The position numbers and the translations under genes are program-made. The notes under the pieces were generated by a model that was not told the origin of the DNA, made no database searches, and worked only from the letters and a program-made list of their open reading frames with translations. Positions 55,216 through 63,484 of a DNA stretch of 64,000 nt are shown here, one piece after another (position 1 is the stretch's first letter; every line of letters begins with the position of its first letter). The DNA comes from Nitrospirota bacterium. GTDB lineage: Bacteria > Nitrospirota > Thermodesulfovibrionia > Thermodesulfovibrionales > Magnetobacteriaceae. The stretch is taken from the NCBI GenBank assembly GCA_015233245.1, contig JADFYB010000001.1, forward strand, positions 23,386-87,385, written 5' to 3'.

Positions 55216-56268
55216 TTAATTAAAGCACTGCGGGTCTTCTGACAGATAATCACCCGTCTTAGCATACGCTATGGCTCTGCATCCGCCGCACTGCCACCTA
55301 AGTTTACACCCTCTGCATTTACCTTTTAATAAGTCCCTGTTTCTGAGTTCCTGCAAAATCTCAGATTTCCATATCTCAGTTAAATCCGTATCGTGCACAT
55401 TTCCAAGAGAGACCGGAAGCCGTCTGCATGGATACACTGTGCCATCGGTGTCAACGCATATTCCATTGTAGCCAATTGAACAGCCGCCTAAAAGGAGCGG
55501 GTTTAGTTTTCCAAAAAAACATTGCCACAAAGGGTCCCGATACGTCTTTGATACCTCTCCATCTTTTTGATTTTCAGTATGTAAGTTTAATTTATAAAAT
55601 TCCCTGAACAGGCTTTTTACCTGTTTTGTTGTCAACATAGAATCAGTCAGCGTCAAAGCCCTCCCCCACGGCACAAGCCGTGAAAAGGCAAAACGCCGTA
55701 TATACGGAGTGGTAAGCTTAATTGTTTCTGTTAATGCCTTATAATTAATGTCTGATACGGTCATCATGGCAGTCACACTAATATTTTCCTCATTGAGTAT
55801 TTTTGCGCCATCAAGGGCCTTTTTAAATGAACCAACCCCTCTGATTTTATCATGAGTTTCCTCAGAGCCCTCAAAAGACACCTGTACAATGCGGCACCCT
55901 GACTCGTTCAGATGTTTTGCTAAATCTTTAGACATTACAGTCCCGTTTGAAAGCACTCTGACCGGATAGGCGCTCCTTTTAGCCTCCGCAAGTATTGAAA
56001 ATAAATGCTCTGACAGGAAAGGTTCTCCGCCGCTTATCTGAATTCTGCCTCTTTTGCGGATTGACTTTAAAAACCGGTTAAAGTTCTTTAATACATCCAT
56101 CAAATCGGATATCTCTGGTTCAGCAGCGTTTCCCTCCCTGTAGCAGTGTATGCAGTTAAGGTTACAGTCCTCAGTGATGTGCCACTGCAGGTAAAAAGGC
56201 CCGTCAAATCCCCACACTTTAAGCACAGAGTAATCTAATCTCCACCGCCACCACCACAGCCGCTGCAT
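55216..56268 (-). CDS. Radical SAM enzyme with C-terminal SPASM domain
   Basis: CX3CX2C is DCNLNCIHC. The GGE motif is ISGGEPF. The SPASM cysteines are GGCSIGYNGICVDTDGTVYPC and CRGCKLRWQCGGC...DPQC. The ATG at 56268 lies inside the 3' end of the upstream gene. A GTG 42 nt downstream is an alternative start. Confidence 0.85.
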   Translation of the reverse strand: MQRLWWWRWRLDYSVLKVWGFDGPFYLQWHITEDCNLNCIHCYREGNAAEPEISDLMDVLKNFNRFLKSIRKRGRIQISGGEPFLSEHLFSILAEAKRSAYPVRVLSNGTVMSKDLAKHLNESGCRIVQVSFEGSEETHDKIRGVGSFKKALDGAKILNEENISVTAMMTVSDINYKALTETIKLTTPYIRRFAFSRLVPWGRALTLTDSMLTTKQVKSLFREFYKLNLHTENQKDGEVSKTYRDPLWQCFFGKLNPLLLGGCSIGYNGICVDTDGTVYPCRRLPVSLGNVHDTDLTEIWKSEILQELRNRDLLKGKCRGCKLRWQCGGCRAIAYAKTGDYLSEDPQCFN

Positions 56269-57161
56269 CCGCCACTGTCTCCACCGCTATCGCCAGAGGA
56301 GCAGCCACTACAGCTGCTACCAGAGCCAATGTCGCTTGAAGAACAGCCACTGCATCCGCCGCTGCTGCCCTGTAAAGCCCCTCCGGGATAATAAATTGCA
56401 TCCGATATGCCGCTAAATATCGTACCAGCTAACACTGCCATCCCCAGCACCGCAACCGCATAACTTAAAGCCGGGTCATAATGCCCATCTGAACCTGATA
56501 CGTGGTTAAAATCTGCTATTTTATTCTCCAGATGGGTTAAATATGCCTTGCCTCTATTTGTTTTTACTGTTGTCCTTTGCATTACATATGAAGATATAAA
56601 AGCAATTGCTGGTACTAAGAGTGAAAACAGCATCATCCCTTCGCCGGCAGGAAACTCCAGATATAAATTAGCCGCTGTAAGGGCAATAATTGAAGAGACG
56701 GCAAGTTTACGCAGGGTTTTGCAAAAGCTGTCTGTTTCTTTTAAGTCCTTTACCAAACCCTTTACTGTAAGAGAGCGGAGTGTATCATATTCAAAGCGAT
56801 TTAGCTCATCACGCTGAGCAAATATTCCGCCAATTGAGGACTTTACCCGCACTGTATCTATTAACGCATTTTCAGCTCTGTCTAAGCCCTCAGTGTTTCC
56901 CGTAGCTGTCAAATCTTTTGCCTCATCAACAACAATATAGCCTCTTTGTATTAAATCAAACAAACAAACCGTGACGGCATGATTTCTGCCTTTTTTCATA
57001 TAAGCCGCTTCATACGGAACGGGTTGAGATTTGTCAGCCGGATAGTCAGAGGAGATTTTCCTGTACTTAAATATCCAATAGGCTGCTAAAAATATCCAAA
57101 TCAGTGATGTGAGTATAAATATGTTGTGTGCTCCTGAGTTTTGTACAGGCGTTAAGAGCAT
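56235..57161 (-). CDS. TIGR04222-like membrane protein with a C-terminal Cys/Gly/Ser-rich tail
   Basis: It has about 4 TM helices. PYEAAYMKKGRNHAVTVCLFDLIQRGYI resembles the L.pyElAyLaGG block I associate with TIGR04222 proteins. The last 49 aa are GGALQGSSGGCSGCSSSDIGSGSSCSGCSSGDSGGDSGGCSGCGGGGGD. I prefer the second Met (57161), which removes the overlap with the upstream gene. Confidence 0.6.
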   Translation of the reverse strand: MLLTPVQNSGAHNIFILTSLIWIFLAAYWIFKYRKISSDYPADKSQPVPYEAAYMKKGRNHAVTVCLFDLIQRGYIVVDEAKDLTATGNTEGLDRAENALIDTVRVKSSIGGIFAQRDELNRFEYDTLRSLTVKGLVKDLKETDSFCKTLRKLAVSSIIALTAANLYLEFPAGEGMMLFSLLVPAIAFISSYVMQRTTVKTNRGKAYLTHLENKIADFNHVSGSDGHYDPALSYAVAVLGMAVLAGTIFSGISDAIYYPGGALQGSSGGCSGCSSSDIGSGSSCSGCSSGDSGGDSGGCSGCGGGGGD

Positions 57162-57162
57162 T

Positions 57163-58269
57163 CTATCTGGCACACCATGGAATGATAATATTAGCAGCAA
57201 CACAACATATGCCCACCACCTGAAACATTATTCTGTCCAGAGCTAATGAAAGCTCTTTATCCTCCATGCGGGCGTAGTAGCTGGAAAGCAGAGCGGCAGC
57301 TATGGATATAAAAATAGTGAAGAGACCGACTCCTGCCACATGGTCCACCAGTCCGAATGAACCAGAGGTGGGCAAAAGTGAATTAGCAAGGTATGTGTTA
57401 GCCACAGCGCCAAAGTATGCGCCCGTAGGTAAAGCAAAGCGAGGCCCTACATCGGAGGGTTTGATAAAGAAGCTGGAAAGTGTAAGCAACAGTGCGGCAA
57501 ACAAAGAGAGAAAGATTTTGAGATAAAATCCGAAATCTATCCGCTTAATCCTGACTGCAGCGATATACTGTGAGAATACCTTTTTGCTGTCAGGGGAAAC
57601 TCTCGGATCACCATAACTTGATTTATAAGTATGCGTTTTAACTACATTGCTGTAGCCTGTGATTTTAAAGCCGGGAATATTCAACCTTGAACTGATATTT
57701 GAAGTTTCATCGGCAACATATCTGAGCTTTGTACCATCTCTTGAGCCATCCTCCACGTAGATATTGAGCATGTGGTCTTCAATCGGCACACGGGCTGTAT
57801 CGAAAAACTTGATTATCTTTGCAGAGATACGGTATCTCTGGTAATTGCTGCCGTCTTTGCCATGATAATCCTCCAAAAGCTCTTTTTTGTTTACCACGCC
57901 ATCAACGACTACAAGTTTTCCTCCGGGGTCAAGCTTAGCATCGCCTTGCCATGTGAACCATATATAGAAATTAACGCTCCACATGCTGTCTTTAATTGAC
58001 AGGTTGTCAACGTCTTCAACGTAGGTACCTATTTTAACCGTGGCATAGTTGCCTGTTGCAGGCAGTGGATCCGGTGGTGTTCGTCCCGGTTCAGCTCCGG
58101 TGGGGCTCATCCTCATTTTATGTTTTGCATCTGAAAGCGCCCGGTTGTGATACATCATTGATGCTGAAAAAACTATGATTAACGTATAAAGAGCAGCAAT
58201 TATCAGCGAATATGTGAGAACTCGCTGCTTTTTTTCATGGCTCAGATTTCGCAGTGGTGATAAAAACAT
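57163..58269 (-). CDS. Pentameric ligand-gated ion channel (Cys-loop superfamily)-like membrane protein
   Basis: 368 aa. After an N-terminal anchor, a beta-rich domain reads VKIGTYVEDVDNLSIKDSMWSVNFYIWFTWQGD, the pLGIC beta1-beta2 pattern (V.v...i..i......f....y....W.D). ARVPIEDHMLNIYVED is like the FP.D.Q.l.i loop. A pre-M1 R...F.FY is followed by four TM helices in M1-M2-M3 / loop / M4 arrangement. Recognised by eye only. Confidence 0.55.
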   Translation of the reverse strand: MFLSPLRNLSHEKKQRVLTYSLIIAALYTLIIVFSASMMYHNRALSDAKHKMRMSPTGAEPGRTPPDPLPATGNYATVKIGTYVEDVDNLSIKDSMWSVNFYIWFTWQGDAKLDPGGKLVVVDGVVNKKELLEDYHGKDGSNYQRYRISAKIIKFFDTARVPIEDHMLNIYVEDGSRDGTKLRYVADETSNISSRLNIPGFKITGYSNVVKTHTYKSSYGDPRVSPDSKKVFSQYIAAVRIKRIDFGFYLKIFLSLFAALLLTLSSFFIKPSDVGPRFALPTGAYFGAVANTYLANSLLPTSGSFGLVDHVAGVGLFTIFISIAAALLSSYYARMEDKELSLALDRIMFQVVGICCVAANIIIPWCAR

Positions 58270-58492
58270 GTCTCCCTCCTTGTGCTATTAATTTTGATTT
58301 ATCTAAATTATTAAATAAACACTTTGAGCCACGGATTCATTTCCCCTCCGTTGTCTAAAAGTGGCTTATACTAATTTAACAGCACAATGAATGTCAACAT
58401 ACACGGTATCTTTTTGTTTTGTAGTCTGCCTCCGCAGAAATTTAAAATTTCATTAGCCTTTATTGGCAGATTAGCTGTATAATAGCACTGCT

Positions 58493-60460
58493 GTGAAGGG
58501 TTTAAAGTACGTTTTATACTCGTTAGGGCTTTTTGTCCTTGGGATGACAGTCTCTTCTGTTGTCTATTATTTAAAATATAAGGAATCGTTTATAGCAAAG
58601 TATCAGAAACTTCGGCAAAACAGGTTGTATGTTCCATGGGTTGAGGGTCAGATTGATTTTTCATGGCACATAAACAAATTCATAATGCCTGGGGCCGGTT
58701 TTTTAAATGATATAATAATTTTTAATACCGCCGTGTTTGCGCTTTTAATTCCGCTTTCTTACATGGTAATGGATAGGGCTGATAACAAATACGGTACGTC
58801 TAAGGTGTCAGAGTTATTTTTCAGTATATGGGAGGCAAAACTGTTGCCTTTTTTACTTGCCTTCAGTTTGCTGTACAGTGTTGTATTGAAGTTTTTCATT
58901 CGTGAGTTGCCTGATAGTTATCTGTGGGCAGTGTCGGCGTGGACTGCACTGATAATATTTTCATTTATACTGTGGACATCCCTTAGTTTTCTTATCAAGA
59001 TGAGGCTTTTTGTTTCAGACGCAGGTTTTGCACTTGACAGGCTGCTCAGCAAGGCATGGGATTGTGTGTTAAAAAAGAGAGTGAACAACAGATTTGCTCT
59101 GTTTGCCGAATCTCTCCAAAGCATTGGTGAAATGTTATCAAAAGAGGTAAAAGTCCATAACAGTAAAAACCTCGCAAAAACTCTCTCTGAGCTGCATCAC
59201 CTTGCCTCTTACTTATTAAAGTTAAGCACTGACGATGTCTCTGCTGCCTTTACAGCGGAGGACACTGTAACCTCAGAGGTTAATAAGTCTCCTGCAAATT
59301 TTCAGATAAACCTCCTTTTACCCTTGGAGCAAATTGCAAAAATACACTCTGAAGCTGCCATTTGCAACAACCCTGCAGTGTCTGCAATTATTGAGCGGTC
59401 AGCGGTCGGAATATTTTCTGACGTTTCATGTTGTAGCAATAACCCGGATCTGATAAAACGCTGTATAGAGATATTTTTTGAAATGTCTCAAAAATCACAA
59501 ACTCCTGAAACAGTTTTTTTATGGTTTACCGACTCTGTGTTCAGGAAAGAGGACTTCTCTTATGAATATCTTGATATTTTAAATGAATCCCTCGCTAAAT
59601 CTTTAAAAAATGCCGCATTAAAGGGTTCTCAGGAAACTATCGCTGCTTTTTTCAATGAACTTCGGCTGATGCCTGCCCCAGCCCCTTTTTCTGTTGAGAT
59701 TTATAATCAGACTCTAATTGAACTTAATCGTAAAAAGTATATAGAAATGAGCGACGGACTCTCTGTTTACTCATCACTTGAAGATCTCCAAAGAAAAGCC
59801 ACAGAGGTTACAACTATTAACATGCTCGAACAATGGTCTGAGTCTTTCACTGCTTTTCACCAAAAAGTATCCTCTTACTATAAAAAAGACAAATTCAGAC
59901 GGATTGATGAAATAAAAACGGATATATTGGAAAATGTACGGGCAAGGCTAAAAGGTATTTATGTTTCAAGAATAATTTTTAGCCTTTTAGCATACTCAGT
60001 ATTCACTGAAAACCAGACATTACTTAAAATAATATGGAAAGTACTGGATGATAAAAGCGCCAGCCTCTCTGGTTCTATAATTGCAGGGTCTGAGCCGGAA
60101 ATTTTTGTCAAAATGTATATTGACGGCGATTTCCACATAGATGGGGTTGTTTTTATAGACGATTCTGACCTGTGGCACAAAGCCGCACGAATATCCTTAT
60201 TGTTGATTTTGGTTAAAATGGCAGACAACCGTCATCTGATGAAAACTGATGCTGCTAACTTTAAGCCGGCATATCATCAAGAGAGCTGTAACGAAATAGA
60301 TGCCATAATAGAGGCCGGCAAGGTGCTGATGTCAGTCAATCTACCGGTGTTGAGTGTTGTAGAAAACTCAGACTTAATTCCGGATATTTTACAAAGTGAG
60401 GCCATTCCATTTCTTATTTCAATAAAACATTCGATAAAGGAAAGGTCAGTTAGCAGATAG
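58493..60460 (+). CDS. Hypothetical protein: four N-terminal TM helices plus a ~450-aa helical soluble domain
   Basis: 655-aa ORF starting at a GTG. No motif recognised. It stands alone between a divergent and a convergent neighbour. Confidence 0.5.
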   Translation: MKGLKYVLYSLGLFVLGMTVSSVVYYLKYKESFIAKYQKLRQNRLYVPWVEGQIDFSWHINKFIMPGAGFLNDIIIFNTAVFALLIPLSYMVMDRADNKYGTSKVSELFFSIWEAKLLPFLLAFSLLYSVVLKFFIRELPDSYLWAVSAWTALIIFSFILWTSLSFLIKMRLFVSDAGFALDRLLSKAWDCVLKKRVNNRFALFAESLQSIGEMLSKEVKVHNSKNLAKTLSELHHLASYLLKLSTDDVSAAFTAEDTVTSEVNKSPANFQINLLLPLEQIAKIHSEAAICNNPAVSAIIERSAVGIFSDVSCCSNNPDLIKRCIEIFFEMSQKSQTPETVFLWFTDSVFRKEDFSYEYLDILNESLAKSLKNAALKGSQETIAAFFNELRLMPAPAPFSVEIYNQTLIELNRKKYIEMSDGLSVYSSLEDLQRKATEVTTINMLEQWSESFTAFHQKVSSYYKKDKFRRIDEIKTDILENVRARLKGIYVSRIIFSLLAYSVFTENQTLLKIIWKVLDDKSASLSGSIIAGSEPEIFVKMYIDGDFHIDGVVFIDDSDLWHKAARISLLLILVKMADNRHLMKTDAANFKPAYHQESCNEIDAIIEAGKVLMSVNLPVLSVVENSDLIPDILQSEAIPFLISIKHSIKERSVSR

Positions 60461-60474
60461 CTTAGCTTTGGTAT

Positions 60475-61017
60475 TTAACTGATTTTTTTCAAATCACCTA
60501 TGATTTTATCCCAGAGATTTTTCGTTTTAAGTATTAACTCACACACTTCACGAACTGCTCCGTTACCGCCATAGTTTTCGGTAACATAAGCGGAAACTGC
60601 CTTAGCATCAGGGTGCCCGTCCCCAACTGTTATGCCAAATCCTACGCGCAGAAGCAGCGGAATATCCACAATGTCATCCCCAACGTAGGCACACTCTGTG
60701 TTACTCAGATTATATCTGGCTTTTAGTTCCTCATACGCTTTTACCTTATCCCAGCACTTTTGATATACGTCAGTGATTCCAAGCTCAGTGGCACGTCTTG
60801 TAACTGCCTCAGAGGCTCTTCCGGTTATTATTGCCACATGAAAGCCCTGATCTTTAAAAACCACTATCCCGTGGCCATCTCTTACATTAAAACTTTTCAT
60901 TTCGCTGCCGCCGCTGCCAAACACAATCTTGCCGTCTGTCAGCACCCCGTCAACATCTAAAATAAGAAGTTTTACTGGTTTTGCTTTATCTAAAATCCTC
61001 TGCAGTTTCTCATTCAT
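60475..61017 (-). CDS. kdsC: 3-deoxy-D-manno-octulosonate 8-phosphate phosphatase (HAD superfamily)
   Basis: 180 aa. LLILDVDGVLTDGKI is HAD motif I. The KdsC-typical FNVRDGHGI, ITGR and YVGDDIVD are all present. Confidence 0.85.
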   Translation of the reverse strand: MNEKLQRILDKAKPVKLLILDVDGVLTDGKIVFGSGGSEMKSFNVRDGHGIVVFKDQGFHVAIITGRASEAVTRRATELGITDVYQKCWDKVKAYEELKARYNLSNTECAYVGDDIVDIPLLLRVGFGITVGDGHPDAKAVSAYVTENYGGNGAVREVCELILKTKNLWDKIIGDLKKIS

Positions 61018-61039
61018 TATTTTTTCCCGTAATCACTAT

Positions 61040-63286
61040 TTATGTAAGCCCTAAAGTTATCACAACCTCAGCACCTCCATCAACATTTCCCACTGTAAGG
61101 CTACCGCCCATATTTGTCTCAATTATGGTTTTTGACATGTAAAGACCGATCCCTGTGCCTTCAGTTCCTTTAGTTGTAAAAAATGGTTCAAATATTTTCT
61201 CTAATACACCATCAGGAATTCCACCACCATTGTCTCTGACTGAAACGATAACTTGAGATTTATCCTCAGTATAGGTAATATTAATTTCTATAATGCCTTG
61301 TATTTCATGAGCATTTTCCCTTCTTGTGATTATCGCATCTTTTGAGTTATTCAAAATATTAAGCAGCACCTGCTTAAATTCATTGGGATAGCCTAATGTG
61401 GAAATTAACACATCCTGTCCAGCTTTAACAGAAATATCTATCGTACTCTTTATAAAAATATGCATAAATATTGATAGCAGTTCATCTACAGCAGCTTTTA
61501 CATCAAACAAAACTTTTTCCTTTGACGGTATAAAGAAGTTTCGGAAATCATCTATTGTTTTTGACATAAAATCAATTTGCCGCATCGTGGACACAACAAT
61601 ATTCTCAATATACTTATCATCAACCTCCCCATAGGTATAAGCATCTTTTAAATCCTGTATAGTTATTCCGACAGAGTTTATTGGTTGTTTCCACTGGTGG
61701 GCAATAAGCCCAATCATCTCACCCATGGACGCCATCTTGGATTGTTGAATTAACAAATGCTCTTGCGTTAAACGTCTGTTTGTCTCCAAAGCTACACGCT
61801 CCTCAAGAGTCCTGTTTAACTCCTTTAACTCCTCCTCCATTCGTTTACGCTCAGTGATGTCGTGGGCGATTCCTACTGTGCCGATGACCTCACCATTTTC
61901 ATCCTTAACAGGTGTCTTGATGGTCTCAATAAAATGCAATCGTCCATTTGCATCCACATATGACTCTTCTATATGCTTTCTCACACCAGCTGCCATTACG
62001 GCTTGATCGTCAGCAGTATGTCTCTCAGCTAAATCCCAGGGCCAGATATCGAAATCGGTTTTTCCGGTAATTGCATTGGCAGGCATATTAGCAGCCACAC
62101 GGTGCGCTTCATTGTCTATAATAAATCTGCCTTCCCTGTCCTTGATCCAGGCAAGATCCGGCACATTGTCTATAAGGGTGGACAGCATGGTATAGCTGCG
62201 GTATTGTTCCTTTTTTTCTTTAAGCTTGCGCTCGGTAATATCATAGTTTGTTCCAAGCATGCGGACAGGGGTTCCCTCAGAGTTCCGTATAACCATGCCG
62301 TTGGCTTTTATGTGTTTTACTGTCCCGTTTGGATGCAGTACTCTGAATTCCGTATCCCACTCTTTTTCGCCCTTTAAAGCCGCATTGCACTCTTCAACGA
62401 TCGTATCGCGGTCATCAGGATGCAGGCCATTCATCCATGCCTCAACGCCTCCCGGAAACGTTTCCCACGTAAGACCGTAAAGTGTAAGCATCTGGTCATC
62501 CCAGGTCATTATGTTATTAGTAACGTCCCAGTCCCATATACCAAGGTTAGCAGAGCGGGTTGCTAACTCAAGGCGCTGCTTAACAGAAAGGAGTTCTTGT
62601 TCCGCCTGCTTACGCTCGGTAATGTCGGTACAGGAGCCGATCCACTCCAGAATGCTTCCGTCTTTTCTAAAGACAGGAAATCCACGTGCCAGGAAATCTC
62701 GATAAACTCCGTCATGTCTGCGCATGCGGTATTCTATCTCGTAGAAGTTTTTTTCAGTCACAGCCTTTTTCCATACCTGCATTGTGTGTTCAACATCATC
62801 AGGATGCAGGGCTTTCACCCATCCTGAACCTTTAACCTCTTCATAGTCCTGACCGCTAAATTTCTTGAATGACGGCATGTCCTCTACAACTTCTCCCTCA
62901 GCATTAGTCACCCATATAATTTGGCCTGTTATGTTGATATAAGACTTCAGGCGCATTTCGCTTGCAATCAATGCCTCCTCAGCAAGCCTGCGCTTAGCAT
63001 CGGCAGCATTAATAGAAAAGAAATATTCCCTTATAAAATGAACACCCAGCAGCATTAGGCAGGAGATAGTAAAGGCAATTAGTTCCGATACATCCATGCT
63101 CATTTGTCTGCCAGCGGAAAGTATATAAAAAAACAATACTATACGGCGAAAAGCCATCAAAAGCATTGCGGCAGAGATTAATATCCATGCTGTTTTTCGT
63201 CCCGTTAAGCGAATCAAAGACAGAGCATATAATCCGACTGATAGCTGCAACCCGATAGATAACAGATATATAATACTGGTAATCAT
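61040..63286 (-). CDS. Multi-PAS sensor histidine kinase
   Basis: The N-terminus has TM helices, followed by three PAS/PAC units (repeated W..G.HPDD and DIT/DITERK blocks). The H-box is [10 protein letters not shown], the N-box is NILNNSKDA and the G-box is [10 protein letters not shown] prefer the ATG at 63286 (AAGAGAGG RBS), because the track start at 63352 would overlap tRNA-Leu. Confidence 0.9.
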   Translation of the reverse strand: MITSIIYLLSIGLQLSVGLYALSLIRLTGRKTAWILISAAMLLMAFRRIVLFFYILSAGRQMSMDVSELIAFTISCLMLLGVHFIREYFFSINAADAKRRLAEEALIASEMRLKSYINITGQIIWVTNAEGEVVEDMPSFKKFSGQDYEEVKGSGWVKALHPDDVEHTMQVWKKAVTEKNFYEIEYRMRRHDGVYRDFLARGFPVFRKDGSILEWIGSCTDITERKQAEQELLSVKQRLELATRSANLGIWDWDVTNNIMTWDDQMLTLYGLTWETFPGGVEAWMNGLHPDDRDTIVEECNAALKGEKEWDTEFRVLHPNGTVKHIKANGMVIRNSEGTPVRMLGTNYDITERKLKEKKEQYRSYTMLSTLIDNVPDLAWIKDREGRFIIDNEAHRVAANMPANAITGKTDFDIWPWDLAERHTADDQAVMAAGVRKHIEESYVDANGRLHFIETIKTPVKDENGEVIGTVGIAHDITERKRMEEELKELNRTLEERVALETNRRLTQEHLLIQQSKMASMGEMIGLIAHQWKQPINSVGITIQDLKDAYTYGEVDDKYIENIVVSTMRQIDFMSKTIDDFRNFFIPSKEKVLFDVKAAVDELLSIFMHIFIKSTIDISVKAGQDVLISTLGYPNEFKQVLLNILNNSKDAIITRRENAHEIQGIIEINITYTEDKSQVIVSVRDNGGGIPDGVLEKIFEPFFTTKGTEGTGIGLYMSKTIIETNMGGSLTVGNVDGGAEVVITLGLT

Positions 63287-63325
63287 AGTGCCTCTCTTAA
63301 ATAATAAAGCGGATGGGTATATATA

Positions 63326-63407
63326 TGCCGACGGGGGGACTCGAACCCCCATAGGTTACCCTACACGCCCCTCAAACGTGCGTGTCTACCAGTTCCACCA
63401 CATCGGC
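63326..63407 (-). tRNA. tRNA-Leu (anticodon GAG), class II with long variable arm, no encoded CCA
   Basis: The reverse complement is GCCGATGTGGTGGAACTGGTAGACACGCACGTTTGAGGGGCGTGTAGGGTAACCTATGGGGGTTCGAGTCCCCCCGTCGGCA. The acceptor stem is 7 bp, the anticodon stem is CACGT/GCGTG, the loop is TTGAGGG, the variable arm is 13 nt and the T-loop is GGTTCGAGTCC. Length is 82 nt. Confidence 0.9.
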
Positions 63408-63484
63408 TTGATAAAAAGATATTTTACTACAATAAAACTACTTTTTTCAAGTTCAATTTATAACCGCCACAATTATGCAGCTAA

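Noticed and set aside
56219-56401. 60-aa Ala/Val-rich ORF on the minus strand.
   Set aside because: It is an alternative frame of the GC-rich Gly/Ser/Cys tail-coding repeat. The low-complexity translation is what an out-of-frame reading of GGC/AGC/TGC repeats would give.
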